From Hydrolagus colliei (lineage: Eukaryota), in the NCBI GenBank assembly GCA_035084275.1, contig CM068750.1, forward strand, positions 9,238,001-9,302,000: a DNA stretch of 64,000 nucleotides, written 5' to 3'. Positions 37,601 through 50,600 of this stretch are shown here, piece by piece (position 1 is the first letter of the stretch; every line of letters begins with the position of its first letter). Under the pieces are notes generated by a model that saw only the letters and a program-made list of their open reading frames with translations, did not search any database and had not been told where the DNA came from. Made by a program: the position numbers and the translations under genes.

Positions 37601-40600
37601 GAATGAGAATACTGTGGGGTTTTGTTTGCATTCCACATCATTCTACGTTGCATTTATTTTCTTTGACACTGTGGAGGACCGTGTCTAGATGTCTGCCAGC
37701 AGTCTGCCATCTAACATCTTGATTTCCTTCATAATAAAAGTAAGATTGGAAAACTGTGGAATCTGGTGGAAAACATAATTTATACTTCTTTCACAGTCCA
37801 TCGATTCTTCACTGCTGCTGAGGAATTATCTTGAAGAAGTAACCACTTACTGCCAATGGACAAGTGTTTAAGATGCTTTATTATGGTCATTTGTGGATAC
37901 ATGTTGCTCAAAATAGGGATCATAGTACCAGTAGTTCAAAGTAACCGTTAGAGTTGTTAATTTACTGGCAGTCTAGTTAGACATTTTAATGTTAAGATGC
38001 GTGACTCCCATTGAGAACAGCCATATACTATACTTGGCCAACATAGAACTGAGCACATATGGATTTATTTAATTTCATTCTCAGTCCATAAATAACAGAA
38101 ATTTGGATTCTGTATTTCTGTTGTAATTTTTCCTGTGTTTCCTGGTTTTGTTCCTGTACATTTCCTTGCACACATACACAAAATAATACTAATAATTTGA
38201 TTTGCTTCACTTTGATTTATTCTCTTCCTCTCAGCAATTTTATGTAGGTGTGTTTCTCTCGATCTCTTGAAGTGTCTTTTCCCTCCTTCTTTGTTACTCT
38301 TTCTATCCTGTTGCTGTTTTGTCACTCTTACTGATTATTGTCTTTCTCTCACTTGCTCTGTGCCTTCAAAACCTACCTGCTTATATCTTATGTGAGTGTT
38401 AGCTGCTGAGAACCTCTGATTCTTTTGGGGGGGGGAGTGGAGAAGTTTTATTTCAAAAGTAGGCAGCAAGCAAATCTTTAAAAATAGGTTTTGTGATATT
38501 TCTACTCATATATGGTGACAATATAGAGCAGTGGGGTATACATTCACATCTGCAATCCCCAACAAGGTGGCTTTCAAATATTAACCAAATAAAACCAATA
38601 GTGAGTGGAGGTCAGTTATTTTTCCTCAACGAGAGAGAAACTGAAATGAATCACCCTGAACTGCTCTTGCACATCTCCTAGTGGCCATTGGAAGAGCAGA
38701 GATAGGCAGAGACCTGGGAGCAGATTCTCTGCTTACCTTTTTAGCCAGCACTCGATTTAAATACTCTAAATGTGAATGATGAGCACATGTAAAAATAAAT
38801 GAGGCGACAAAAACTTACAAAATAGAAAGGACAACATATTTTAACGTAGGAAGCAAAACCATTCTTCTTTTATTGTCCCCTCAGTCCAATAGTGTAATTG
38901 AATCAGTTAATTGAGTGTCTTGAAAGAGCAATAATATCTGCTATCATGGATTTATATTTCAAAACAGTCTCTACAGATATAATGAAAAAATCCTGGCTAC
39001 TCACATTGGTTGAACATCAGACTTTGGAGCAGAGGATTAGATCCACTGAATCTGTCACTCTTTCAAAGCGAATAAATGAATACCATACCTAAAAATATTA
39101 TCTTGGAGAGGGAAGAAAGCAAGAACTTTCTATGTTGAAGTAACAGAGCTAGTCAAGTCTGTAGTCAACAAAGCATAATTGATAGTTTGCCAACCTGGCT
39201 CATGAATTTGGAAGTATGGATGTATCCCTTCATGCAAGCCCAAACCTGGATGGTTGTTGGGCAGTCCGTGTTGGACAACAAATGTGAAATTTATTAGTGC
39301 TTTATTTTTTAAGAGAGCTATATTGCTGACACCAATTCAGTATTGGTAATGCATTATTTACATAAATTCAACCAAAAATGTGTTATATTAATCAAACAAA
39401 TCCAGTTTGCTTCTTTAAATTTGAATTCCAATAGGGATTACAATACTTTAAATATTGTCATGTGCCATCAAAATCAATTGTTTTTCACTTCTACCCGTTG
39501 AGACTCAGGGAAGTTGTGGTAGAACAGTGAAATGTTGTTCTCTGAGCAAGAACACATTACAACTTCAGTAAACTGGCTGATAATATAACTTGGGATATGA
39601 ACATAAACCAGCAGATTTTCAAGAATGGAATGTTTTGCTTTTCCTTAACTGATTAATCTTCAGGGTAATAGATGTAAAAGTATTACTGCTTGAATTATGT
39701 AATAATTCTCTAATGTGTAATCACACACTTTCACCTTTAGTTCAGATGTAAAATAATATACACCTGGGAGTTTGCAGCACTGTAATCTAATCAAGGGTTC
39801 AAGTGGGATTATAAACTACAAGAAGATAGCTTGCAAGCTTGGTGAATATCATTTTAACCCTGAAATTTAGATGCCACCTCACATACCAATCATTCTCAAC
39901 AGTATATGATGGTTCAATGAAAATAATTTGCAGTGCACAATGACATAAATAAATCAGATCATGGGACTCCTAGAAGAGACCTACATGTTTCAATCAGTAA
40001 TACATTGAGGGCCATTCAATGTATACTGCATTGGCATTTGATATAGCATCTTTCACGTCAGGAAGATGTCTCAAAGTGCTTCACAGGATTTGCTGTGAAA
40101 TGTAGTGATGTTAAATTTCGTAGTCTATTAAAATTAGAATTGATACTGACTTGTGTAATTATTTGAATAACAATTTTTGCTTATTCATCTTCGAATACTC
40201 AATATTATAGTGCAGAAGCAAGCACTTTCAGTACATACTGACATTTATGTCCTTTTTGTCCAGAGTGGATGGTATTTTAAATGCTAGATGTAGTAATGAA
40301 AACTTTAAAAGACTCTTCAAAAAGATTGATATCAATATGGATCGGTTACACAGTAATAATACAATTATTGCACATAGTAGTTGATTCACAGCAATATCAA
40401 CTTTACAATATGTATACATAATAATGAGCAGTAGTTCCTAGGCATAACATTGCATAAAAAATGTTCCTATGTTATTTCCAGAGAATGTACTAATTGTTAA
40501 GACACGTGAAGTTATCTTTAGCCAAAGTAAGCTTCTGATAATAAAGCAATTTTATTTGGAAATTTATGGTTGGAGGTTCTTAAAGTCTCAAATTCAGGCA

Positions 40601-40703
40601 ATGGGGAAATGAGCAATGGGGTGAGCAAGAACAATATCCTTTCACCTTTAAAATCTGGATTTGAATTCAGATTGATAGGATATAAGGATAAGGCTATATA
40701 GAT

Positions 40704-41001
40704 GGAGTCCTGTAGCTCAGTGGTTAGAACACTCGCCTTCAAGTGAGATACCTAGGTTTGATTCTAAAATGGCAGGGCAAAACCTCCGGCAAGTTTCCTT
40801 ACTCTACATGCCTGATAATAATTCCTCAAAATGAAATTGGTCATTTCAATCGATGACTGTTTGGGGGAAACTGCTATGTGCAATTGGCTGCTGCATTTCA
40901 CCCACATATATGCAGTCAATTCATTTCACTTTATTCTGTGAAGCGCTTTGGGACATCTCAAAGATGTGATAAGTACTATATCAAATGTAAGGGTTATTAT
41001 T
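40704..41001 (+). mobile_element. Same SINE family, short variant
   Basis: Full head ggagtcctgtagctcagtggttagaacactcgcc, core and tail. Confidence 0.9.
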
Positions 41002-43219
41002 CAGGGCCTTGGTAGATCCTCCCGATGAGAAAGGTGCTATGCAAATATAATTTTCTTGTTCTTGTATAAATGTGTGTTTATTCCATCACAGTATAAATGT
41101 AGACATGCATCTAGTTTCCACAGCAATTATATTCTATTGTGTTCCACAGAGTATGGGCTAGTGTAATATTCTAGGCATGGAATCATCAACTTCTAAACTT
41201 ATAAATATTCAAACTCAGAGCAAAATTAAAATGTAAAGACTTAAAAGCCACAACTGATTTTAATCAAAAAGTCCCACAATATTCAATGTTTAGCTACATT
41301 TTATATATGAGGTTTTTTGGGGGAAAAAAACACATTTTGCCACTGGAGAAGCAGAAAGATCATGTTACGTTTAGCCTGCACTTTTGGCAATGAATTGACA
41401 ACAGTTTTGGCCATGTTTGCCATCAAATATGCTGTACAGACAGCGGCTCATAAAGCAGACTCCATGCTGGAGCCTCACTCCTTACATCATCTATTGAGTG
41501 GTTTCAGCAGCTGTGAAATCCACAAGTGTGGATCCACATCCACAAGACAGCCCTTCAATTCATTATAAAAGAAGTACAGTCGTGATAATTTTAGTAAACT
41601 CTGTGAAGGGTTTTGAGATGGATCAGTGTGATAAGAATAATCCTTGCATTCACTATAGCATCTTCTCACATCTTTGAGACATCTCAAAGCGCTTCACAGA
41701 ATTGATGTATATTTTGTGGGCGAAACAAAACAAATTCCTTAACTGGCTTTGACAATAACATGTCAAAGTATACATGTGTAGAGAGGCTAAATGAGGTGTT
41801 CAGTTTTATTCAACCTTTGAGTCAATGGAGCATGGAGTATAAATTGGGCTTTCTACTCCATCATCACTGTAGTGTGTCTTCTCTCCCAGATACTTAAAAT
41901 GCAGCACAGGATTGATATATAGAGGTTGATTTATCCCGCTCTCATTGAAATAAGACATGGTCCAAAATGCATTTGTTAAAAAATAATATACCCACAATAA
42001 AAATTTACTTCCAGCAAAAGTTCTTTGGCAACATAGCAAAAACAGAGTATCAATTTAGGTTAAATATAGTCTATTAAAAGCTTTGGATTTCACAATTTTA
42101 TAGTTAGCAAATCTATACCTTTTCTATAATCCTGTTACTGCTTGCAGCTTTAAAATAAGTATTTTTTGATTATTGCACAATGTGTTCCACATTTTGGCAC
42201 AGAACACAGATGTTGTAAACATTGCTATTCAAATTTTTTTTTAAACCAATAATTTTCTGGTTTGAAATACAAAACTGAATTGGAATTGACAGTTTTATTT
42301 TTTGAGACAATATTCTGCCATATAACTTAAGGTTTTGAATTGCACTGTGGCCAACTCCAAAGCTACATCACATTTTAGCTTGTAACAATCCAAATTGTTT
42401 GAGTAAAAAAGAAATCAGTTGAGGTTTTTTTAAAATCTGATGATAAAATATCTTAATAATGTCGTAATAAAATTGGGAGCAGAAACCCAGCTAAACCTAG
42501 CTACCAGCTAAACTGCGGCAAAGACAGAAAGCTGCCGAATCTGGATATTTGGAGTTTTCTGAGCATAACTGAACTGGAGAAATGGTGCCAAAGTACCAAG
42601 GACCCAAACGCAGAGTCTCTTGTTGACTTGACAGCATGTTGCAAACTTTGCTAGTCCAACGCGATCAGTGCAGTTACAACATGCTGTCACGACTAGCTCT
42701 ACATTTCTGCACACTACAGTAGATGGAGATTTATCAGGGCAGCAAAGGCGAGTAAACCCACACGACACGGAAGGTGCAGCTGAGGTGCTCTTTGGCCTCA
42801 GTTTATATTCTATGATAAGATATGAGTCTGAAACTGCCCTAACGTGCTAAACTAAGTGCGTCTTTGTACAACCTATTGGTAGCCTTCACGCAACCCAAAC
42901 ACCTCCTCCACCGAAACAAACATCACATTGGAACGTGTTTGAAGCAAAATGTTGATTCATTCGAAAACAATGTCAGCCTCCAATTCCCGACGCTCTCCAC
43001 ATAAACATTGAAACTGAAGCTAAGCAACGGCCAATAGATTTCGCAACACATGCACAAGAGATTTCAACCCACGGGGAGGGAAATTATACACACACACAGA
43101 CACATATATATATATAAATAAACTCGATGTATACTAAAGACCAAAGGAAATGAGACGAGAATACTTGAGCAACTCAAGTCTGACGCTGATTTTGGGGGGC
43201 ACCTTTCCCGCAAATAAGA

Positions 43220-43253
43220 TTCTCTCTCTTTCTCCCTCTCTCTCTCTCTCTCT
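43220..43253. repeat. (CT)n microsatellite
   Basis: tctctctctttctccctctctctctctctctc. Confidence 0.85.
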
Positions 43254-43289
43254 TGTTTAACCCTTTCCATTTCCTTTCAGATGTTATTT

Positions 43290-43860
43290 TACTTTGATTT
43301 CCTCCGACCCGGTGGCTTGTTTCTTCCTTTCTCTTTCCCTCTCGGCGGCGAAAACATTTACGAAGCGTCGATGCGACCCACCTATAACGTATTCGCCCAA
43401 AGCGTTATCGACCGATAACCTGCCCTGCCCTCTGGGTGGCTCGCCAAGGTCCCTCTGCCCCTGTCCCACGCCGAACATGTTGGTTGACACTTAGTCTCTG
43501 ATGTGCAACTAACTCGGGAGACCAGGAGACCGCAGAGGCAATAACGTTCCACCCCCATGACAAACGGTGGATAAAAGTCTGAACAATAAACTTGAGATCA
43601 AAACCCAAACAAAACCGATTCGTACCGAGGTTACTCGAAGAGGTGAGACTGTGGGAAACGCGGCGCTTGGGAAGTCGACACGAGCCGTTAAAGAGAGGTA
43701 TGCAAAGGGTCCAATAAGTCGGAGTAGGGTAGGGTAGGGTGGGGTGTGGGTCGGGGTCAGGAAACCTCCTCACCTGGTAGAAGATATCACAGAGAAACGG
43801 AGCGACCAACACAGATATGGATTTATAGAGGGCGCAAAGTGTACATCGCAGGTGACAGAA
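43290..43860. promoter_or_regulatory. CpG-enriched island in the 5' part of GREM1 intron 1
   Basis: Visibly high CpG density relative to the CpG-depleted AT-rich background. Flanked by (CT)n and G-run microsatellites. Confidence 0.55.
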
Positions 43861-44069
43861 ATACAGACAGAGACAGGCTGAGGTTATGAAGAGGAAGGGA
43901 ATTAGAAAGAGGGTGCTGGGGGAGGGGGGGGGGGGTGGGTGTAAACTAATGCAAATTTACATTGATATAGTGTCTCTCACATCGGAAGGAACGTCCTAAC
44001 GTGCTGAACAACCCCAGTTTTGCTCCAGTCATTGACTGCGATGGGAAAGAGGGAGTGAGTAAATAAAGG

Positions 44070-44120
44070 GTGTGTGTGTGTGTTTTTTATTCTACACACA
44101 CATACACATACACACACGCG
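44070..44120. repeat. (TG)n / (CA)n microsatellites
   Basis: gtgtgtgtgtgtg...acacacacatacacatacacacacgcgcgc. Confidence 0.8.
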
Positions 44121-44717
44121 CGCTATGGACTAAATGCAACTGCAAGCCCACAGTTTCTAACGTCTGTCTGTCTCTGTCTGTCTGATGAGTAAACCTAGCG
44201 CTGGAGGGCAGGGGAAACAGAATCCCTATCAGTGTGAAATCGTATTACGCTGACTTTCAACCTGCACAAAGTTAGAAACCATTGCTGTAGCAATGACGCA
44301 TCGCACTGTGTGTCATTGCTTTTCAGGCGCAACCGCGCATTGATTCAGAGGGCGAAGGCAGGTGCTTTCAACTACATCTGGTCACCCCGTCACTTTACAC
44401 GTTAAAAGGACTGGGATGGGGGGGGGGGGGGGGGGAGCCAGGGGGAGAAGATCGCCAGTGTTATCACTGCTCACAAACAGCGCCTTCGCACTACCTCACA
44501 GCATCCACACACACTCACACACTCACTCACACACAGAGGTGTTTCCTCCTCTTCTTAACATTTAGCATCTTAGCGTATTCGCTGCGATCCAATGAGAGGC
44601 AAACTCGGAGGGTCAGCAAGGAGAGGGTGAAATCATATGGAAGAAACAGGCAAAATAGTATATATGTTTGTTAAAGCAACACGTTTGACTATAGGTCTAT
44701 ATAAATACATGTGTGTA

Positions 44718-44745
44718 GATATATATATGTGTGTGTGTGTGTGTG
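44718..44745. repeat. (AT)n(GT)n microsatellite
   Basis: atatatatatgtgtgtgtgtgtgtgtg. Confidence 0.85.
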
Positions 44746-44861
44746 GTGTAACCTAGTCGAAATACTTTGCAAGGAGGATCTCTAGATTAACGCAGTCGGA
44801 TAGATAGACAGACAGATAGTTTGCACATCACTATAAATCAGATCAGTAAATAAACACTCAC

Positions 44862-45020
44862 CTGGCCTGCTTTCCTGGTGCACACACACACACTGTCTGT
44901 TCACTGCAACACTGCTTCAGTCAACAACAACACTGCAGGGACGCGACAGAAATCTGCGAGTGAGGCTCTGGTTACCACTGGCTCCATAAGAAGAGAGCAG
45001 TTGGATCTCGGTACAAATTC
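44862..45020 (-). other. GREM1: Candidate non-coding exon 1 of GREM1
   Basis: Perfect donor CAG|GTGAGT (intron starts at 44861) in a CpG-enriched region, just downstream of TATA-like and CCAAT boxes. Gives a ~10.2 kb intron 1, consistent with the known two-exon GREM1 structure. TSS approximate. Confidence 0.7.
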
Positions 45021-45039
45021 TCCCCGAGCTGTTTTGCAG

Positions 45040-45320
45040 TCACATTTAAAAGCATGAAAGTCTCCAAAACCCCTCGCGATCATTGGCCAGAGAGCTTGGA
45101 ATCGCAGCGAATTCATCCGCCCACAAAACAGACCCAGGGAACATTTCAACATTTTCACACGACGCGATTTCTCGTTGCTTTGCCAGCGATGAATATTGCC
45201 AGCAAGATTTTTTTTTTTTGGTGGGAGGGAGGGGAGGGGGGAGAGAGGAGGAGGAGGAGAGGGGGGTTGAAGGAGTGGGTGTTTGTTGGATGGCTCGTCA
45301 CGTTGCTGAAATCTTAGTCG
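45040..45320 (-). promoter_or_regulatory. Candidate GREM1 core promoter
   Basis: Minus-strand TTTTAAAT at 45051-45044, CCAAT at 45086-45082, a C-rich Sp/KLF-like tract at 45220-45266, and elevated CpG. Confidence 0.6.
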
Positions 45321-45849
45321 AAGCAAATTGTGATTAATTTCAGTGAGATTTTTTTTGTGTTGTCTGGTAACAAAACTCATGCTCTTGGGTTTTAACCCAG
45401 GATTGAAGGGAACGTTAATTGAGGGAAATTCGCCCACCAGAAAGTACAGTCAATTCACTTTACAATATATTCTGAGAACCATTTTGAGGTGTCTCAACGA
45501 CGTGATAAGGCGCGACATCAAAGGCAATGTTTATTATTATGATGATGATGATGGTGATATAATGCTTCATATTTGAGTAATCCAAACAGCAGATCATTGA
45601 GGGTAAAGTTCTGTTGTTTTGAAAACAATTATAAAAGGATTAGTGGCTCATTCCCTTCACTCATCTAATTTTATTTCAAGTTGAATAAACCAAATGGCTT
45701 TGGAAAGAACCCATTATCTCTGTCTTGTTGGCAGTGCTAATGCATAGAATATAACTGTGCTTTGCCTCCCTGACTTTACTCCACCCCACCTTTCCCTCCC
45801 TCTCCCCCCTCCCTTACCCTCTTTTCCCCCTTTCTCCCCTAACCCCACT

Positions 45850-46058
45850 TCCACGACTGTTTGTGGGACGCTGCTATGCGCAATTGGCTGCCGCATTTCA
45901 CCCACAAATATACGGCCAATTCTCCTACTCTCCTTCCCCCTACCCCGACCCCTCCCCACCCCTGCTCTGGTCCTGACCTGACTGTTCTGCGCCTTGGGAC
46001 GTCCCCCCCAATGTGAAAGGCACTAGATAAATGTAATTTTGTTGTTATTGTTGTTGTT
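45850..46058 (+). mobile_element. SINE core joined to an L2 3' tail upstream of the GREM1 promoter
   Basis: ccacgactgtttgtgggacgctgctatgcgcaattggctgccgc followed by C-rich L2 end and (ttg)n. Confidence 0.7.
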
Positions 46059-46942
46059 TGCTGGTCAGATTCTCCAGGTGTGGCCTCAGAAATTCCTGCC
46101 CCCCCCAAAAAAAAAATCGATATCACCAGACAAGTACAGGGGAGAAAATAAAGAAGTGAACCTTAATTCTGATGGTTTACAGGCAATTTCTTTGAAAGAG
46201 GCCGCACGTGATGATCAAAAAGTATATCATCACCTTTAATTTAAAACTGAAATACCCGCCCTGCAGTAAGACAAGGTTTGCATATGCAGTAAGCAGGGAC
46301 AGTGTCAGGTTTGCAATACGACATTGCTTCCAGTAAGGAGCGATTTGAGAAATTGCACTAAGGTGACCCTACCACTAACGGCTCCTGTGGCGTTTCCCCC
46401 GAAACTGGACTCAAGCCAAACACATCTACTACTACATGTGTACCAAGTGCGTGCGCAAAGCCCCATTCCCCACCACAACAGCATGTATTACACATTAAAT
46501 GTTAAATGTTATTAAAGCAGCCTGGGGGTAGAGCTGGTTCTCTCATAACATTTGTAAATGGTATCACTGTCCTGTGAACCCACTAGAAACTTTGGAAATT
46601 CGTAGTTTAAAAGATTTCAATTTGACTTTCATTAGCTATAGTAAAACTAATGTTACCTTGGACAAATTGCTCAAGCCCTACAGACCGTGTTTGCCATCTC
46701 AGTGTGGAAATCTGCAAGGCTCTGCAATTAGCCTAATGATAGGAAAGCTTCATGTGCAGGTGGGATTCTTCTATATAGAGATGATAATGCGCCATTTCTC
46801 TTTCAATATAAATAATGTTAAGTCTCAAAAGCCTCAAACCAATCAATAATATTCAATAATATAAAATGGCAAGATTATAAAATGTGATCAGAACTCTTAA
46901 GACAACTTAATGTCGACCAATGTTCTACATACATAGGTTAGT

Positions 46943-47630
46943 GGAGTCCTGTAGCTCGGCGGATAGAGCATTCGCCTTGGAACCGAGAGACCTGGGTTTG
47001 ATTCCCAGCAGAGTGAAATCTTTGGCAAATTTCCTTACTCCACTCACCTGATAATAATCCCTCAAGAAAATAAATAAATTGGTCATTACAATCCACGACT
47101 ATTTGTGGGACACTGCTGCGTGCAATTGGCTGCCGTATTTTGCCCACAAATATACCGTCAATTCATGTTACAGTATATTCTGTGAAGCACTTTCAGACAT
47201 CTCGAAGATGTGAAAAGCACTATATCAAATGGAAGGATTATTATTATTACGATTATTGGAGTTCTGTAGCTTTGTCGTTATAGCACTCGCCTCGCAAGCA
47301 AGAGAACTGGGTTTGATTCCCAGGCAGGGTGAAATGTTGGGCAAGTTTTCCTTATTCCACAAGCTTCGGTTTATGTAGCAGTAAGTAGAAACCCAGTTGT
47401 TAGTTGATTGGCAGATCACTTTTCTAAGGGTAATAATCCCTTTAAAAAACAGTTAATTTTTAAAAATCAACAGTGATAATAATTTGGTCACTGAATCCAC
47501 TGGGTGCGGCGTTTTGCCCACAAAATATACAGTCAATTCACTTTATATGATATTCTATGAAGTGCTTTAAGACATTTTAAAGATGTAAAAAGGTGCTATG
47601 TGAAATACAAGAAGTATTATTATTATTATT
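46943..47630 (+). mobile_element. Head-to-tail tandem of two SINEs (short 46943-47249, long 47258-47630)
   Basis: Two consecutive heads, cores and (att)n tails. Confidence 0.9.
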
Positions 47631-50600
47631 GTTGCCAAATCACCTATCATAGAGTTGTGTCAATATTTCCACACTATATTAAAGGTGCGTTTTGCCCAAA
47701 TCACTTGAAAATGCATTCTCTCACACACTTAACTAAAATTAAATAGTTTAGAAGTCTGGCTTGATTTGTTGCAATATTCACAGACTGGGAAAGCAATTTC
47801 AAAATTACTTTGCTTAAAGGTTTAGGGGTGGGGCGGGTTACTAAAGTATCATCCGTATTCATAGGTTTGCTTAAAATGTAAACATTTTAATTAATTCAGA
47901 ATCTTATTGAAAAGAAAAAAATGTTTGCATAACGAGAATAAAGCTAACAATGGTTTAAATAAGGGAGCACAATAAACACAAACCATTTAAAACTGGTGCC
48001 TTTTTCTTTATGAAGTAACGCTTTCAGTTTCCATGCAAAATAGAGATGAAAAACTAAAGTAATTCATTCTAGTGCGTTCCTGATAAAATATGACCGGTGT
48101 AAAATAAGTCCTTTACATTATTAGTTGGTATTTATGAAGGTAATTGTTTCACTAGCGCGTATTTCTGTAAGGAGACTAAGTGCGGACTCAGTTCTGATTT
48201 CCACTTACTGAAAACATCAAAAAGTCAAATGGAAAGTTGACCAATGATTTTTTTTATATAGAGCACAGTGGAGCGAGCAACTTTGGTTTCCCCAGATTCT
48301 TCTAATAGTTTTTAAACAGTTTCCTTTAATCATTATGTGCCTCTTTGACCCTCTAATTAAAAAGAGAATCGTTTCAAACAGTTTGCTGAAGTTAATGTGA
48401 ACCAGCGTTCTGACACTAGATAATGCTAGAAGGAAATGCCTTCTTTTCCCATAGATGAACATGTTTTAATGCACCTTGGTTCAATGCATTAGGAGGTTTA
48501 CTTGTTTCCTGCCGAAATAGGAAAGACATTATACGCTCAAAATCTGTTCCATTTCATCGAGTGTCTGTTATACCTGCAAATTACAACATAGCAAAAAAAA
48601 GTGCTTAGCGTCTGCTGTTAGAAAACTTCCACATATTGACTGTTTAGACTTTACGAGAATATTTTTTTTGCTAAATTAAGGTTTGGGTCACTGCAAAATA
48701 TAATATTGGAATTCCGTTTGGTTCCGAATATAAATCCTCTGTCGGGTTAATAGAAATTTCACTGGATTCTCTCGAAGTTTGAGAAAACTACAGTGCTACA
48801 TTGCTGAGTAACCTTTTTCCCCCCAAAAGACACAGAGATAGATGCACGTTGATGTAGTGGGAAGAAAAATACATAAAGATGTTTACGCCTAAGACGTTGT
48901 TTTCTCAACTACCTCTCTAATGAATATTGTTTTTACGGGCTTCCTATTTAAAACTCAAGAGGTTTATAAACTTTAAAAATCGCTTTGTAAATGTTCAGAT
49001 GGCTTCTATACCAAACGAATGGAGATGGTTTACATTAATTTTCAGTGAATCTGTAAAGCATTAAAATGTCACACACGTACTTAAAAAACAACAACTCACA
49101 CTTCAACCGAAAATAACTAAGTCATTAAAACGGCTGTAAAGTGGAAGCCATCGGGGACAAAAAGAGAAGGGAATCGGCTCTGCGCGTATTTGTATAGTTT
49201 TAATTTTGTTTCAAATATAGCTGCTGGGGATCTCGATGAATTTGGATTTAAACCCAATCATCCATTAATTACCCTTTGGCAAATCCACAGATGTAACATT
49301 GTAGATGAGATCACGGTGCATCCGCACTCTCCTTGAGAGTTAATCTACCTTTCCTTGCTGAAAGTGGTGCAGAGGTGTGTTAGTGCATTTTATTTATTGA
49401 AACAAAAAATGTTCATGTTAAAAATAGAAAGAAGCAGTTGAATCAATGAGACCCTCCCGCCGCTGTGTGTGTGGGTCGCATCCTCTCTGCTGTGTCTCCC
49501 TTGTGTCTCACTGTTTACAAGCGCTGAGCAGTTTCTTCAATATATATTTGTGATGCACATTTTACACTCACACGGGCACCAGGAGCAGGAAATGCACGTG
49601 GGGGGGGGGGGGGGGGGAGGGGGGGACCGGTCTGTGTGCGGCCGCAAGAGGTAAGAGGATGTGAGTGAAATGGTCACGGTTCACTGCATGTCAATACACA
49701 TGTATACCTGTTCAGATCTATACCTTACAGATCAACTTGGGGATAATAGACATGAGGCAAATAAACTGAGAAACTCATTACATGTGTGTGTGTGTATAGA
49801 TATATATAAACGATTATGTTTTATTTATCGTTTCAAGCCTGTGTTTCCCAAGTTCTGGATGTGTTCAGTTGATGAGGATGGACAGGTAATCAGTGTGTGT
49901 GCTCCCTAACATACATGCCATGCTGCACAACCCCCTTTTATATTTGTGTTTATGTATGGAATGTACGGTATATATATATAGATAGATAGATATACTGTAT
50001 GTACTTTATTATTATATGAACTGGAGGAGATTCGTTTTGGGCCAAGAAGTCTGCTGGTTAAATGTGAAATAGGTCGCCGCGATTGCATTCAATGAATGTG
50101 ATACAGAGTGACACAGTCCAATCCATGGTGAAATGTCGTCTAAACCCTCTTGGCTGGAGAATGGACAGTGACATTTCACGTTGTAGGTGGTATATAATCA
50201 GCCGCTGAGGAGCGACCCCCGTGCGATCCCACTTGTAAACTAAACACACGCTCCACACAAACGCGCTGTCAATCAGCCCTCCACTGACCTGAGCGATCAC
50301 CTCCAACTTCAGAACCAATGTAACGTGGAGGTATTTTAGCAGCAAGGCTGGGTGTGTGTTTCCTTGGTCATCGCAATTCGACGTATTTTATTGTTCTCAT
50401 CGTGTTCTCATTGTGTTCCACACATGTCAGTGGGTTTGTGTCCGTATGTGGGTTTTTTTCCAACACTTTCCTGTGTAAAGTATGCTAAATATGTTGGGAT
50501 TCAATCTGAGTGAGGATATCACACAGAAATTGGATCAGTGTGCGTGTGTGTGTGTGGGGGGCGGGGGGAGGAAAATCAACAGACTTTGAAACACATGCGA

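Noticed and set aside
43812-43829. Minus-strand SINPYL resembling the SCG5 C-terminal SVNPYL
   Set aside because: No splice acceptor before it, the downstream residues (CWSLRF) do not match QGQRLDNVVAKK, and it lies inside the GREM1 intron. Treated as chance.
44901-45437. 178-aa minus-strand ORF
   Set aside because: Starts at a non-ATG codon next to a SINE fragment and runs through the low-complexity promoter. Only its last 28 codons are considered, as a uORF.
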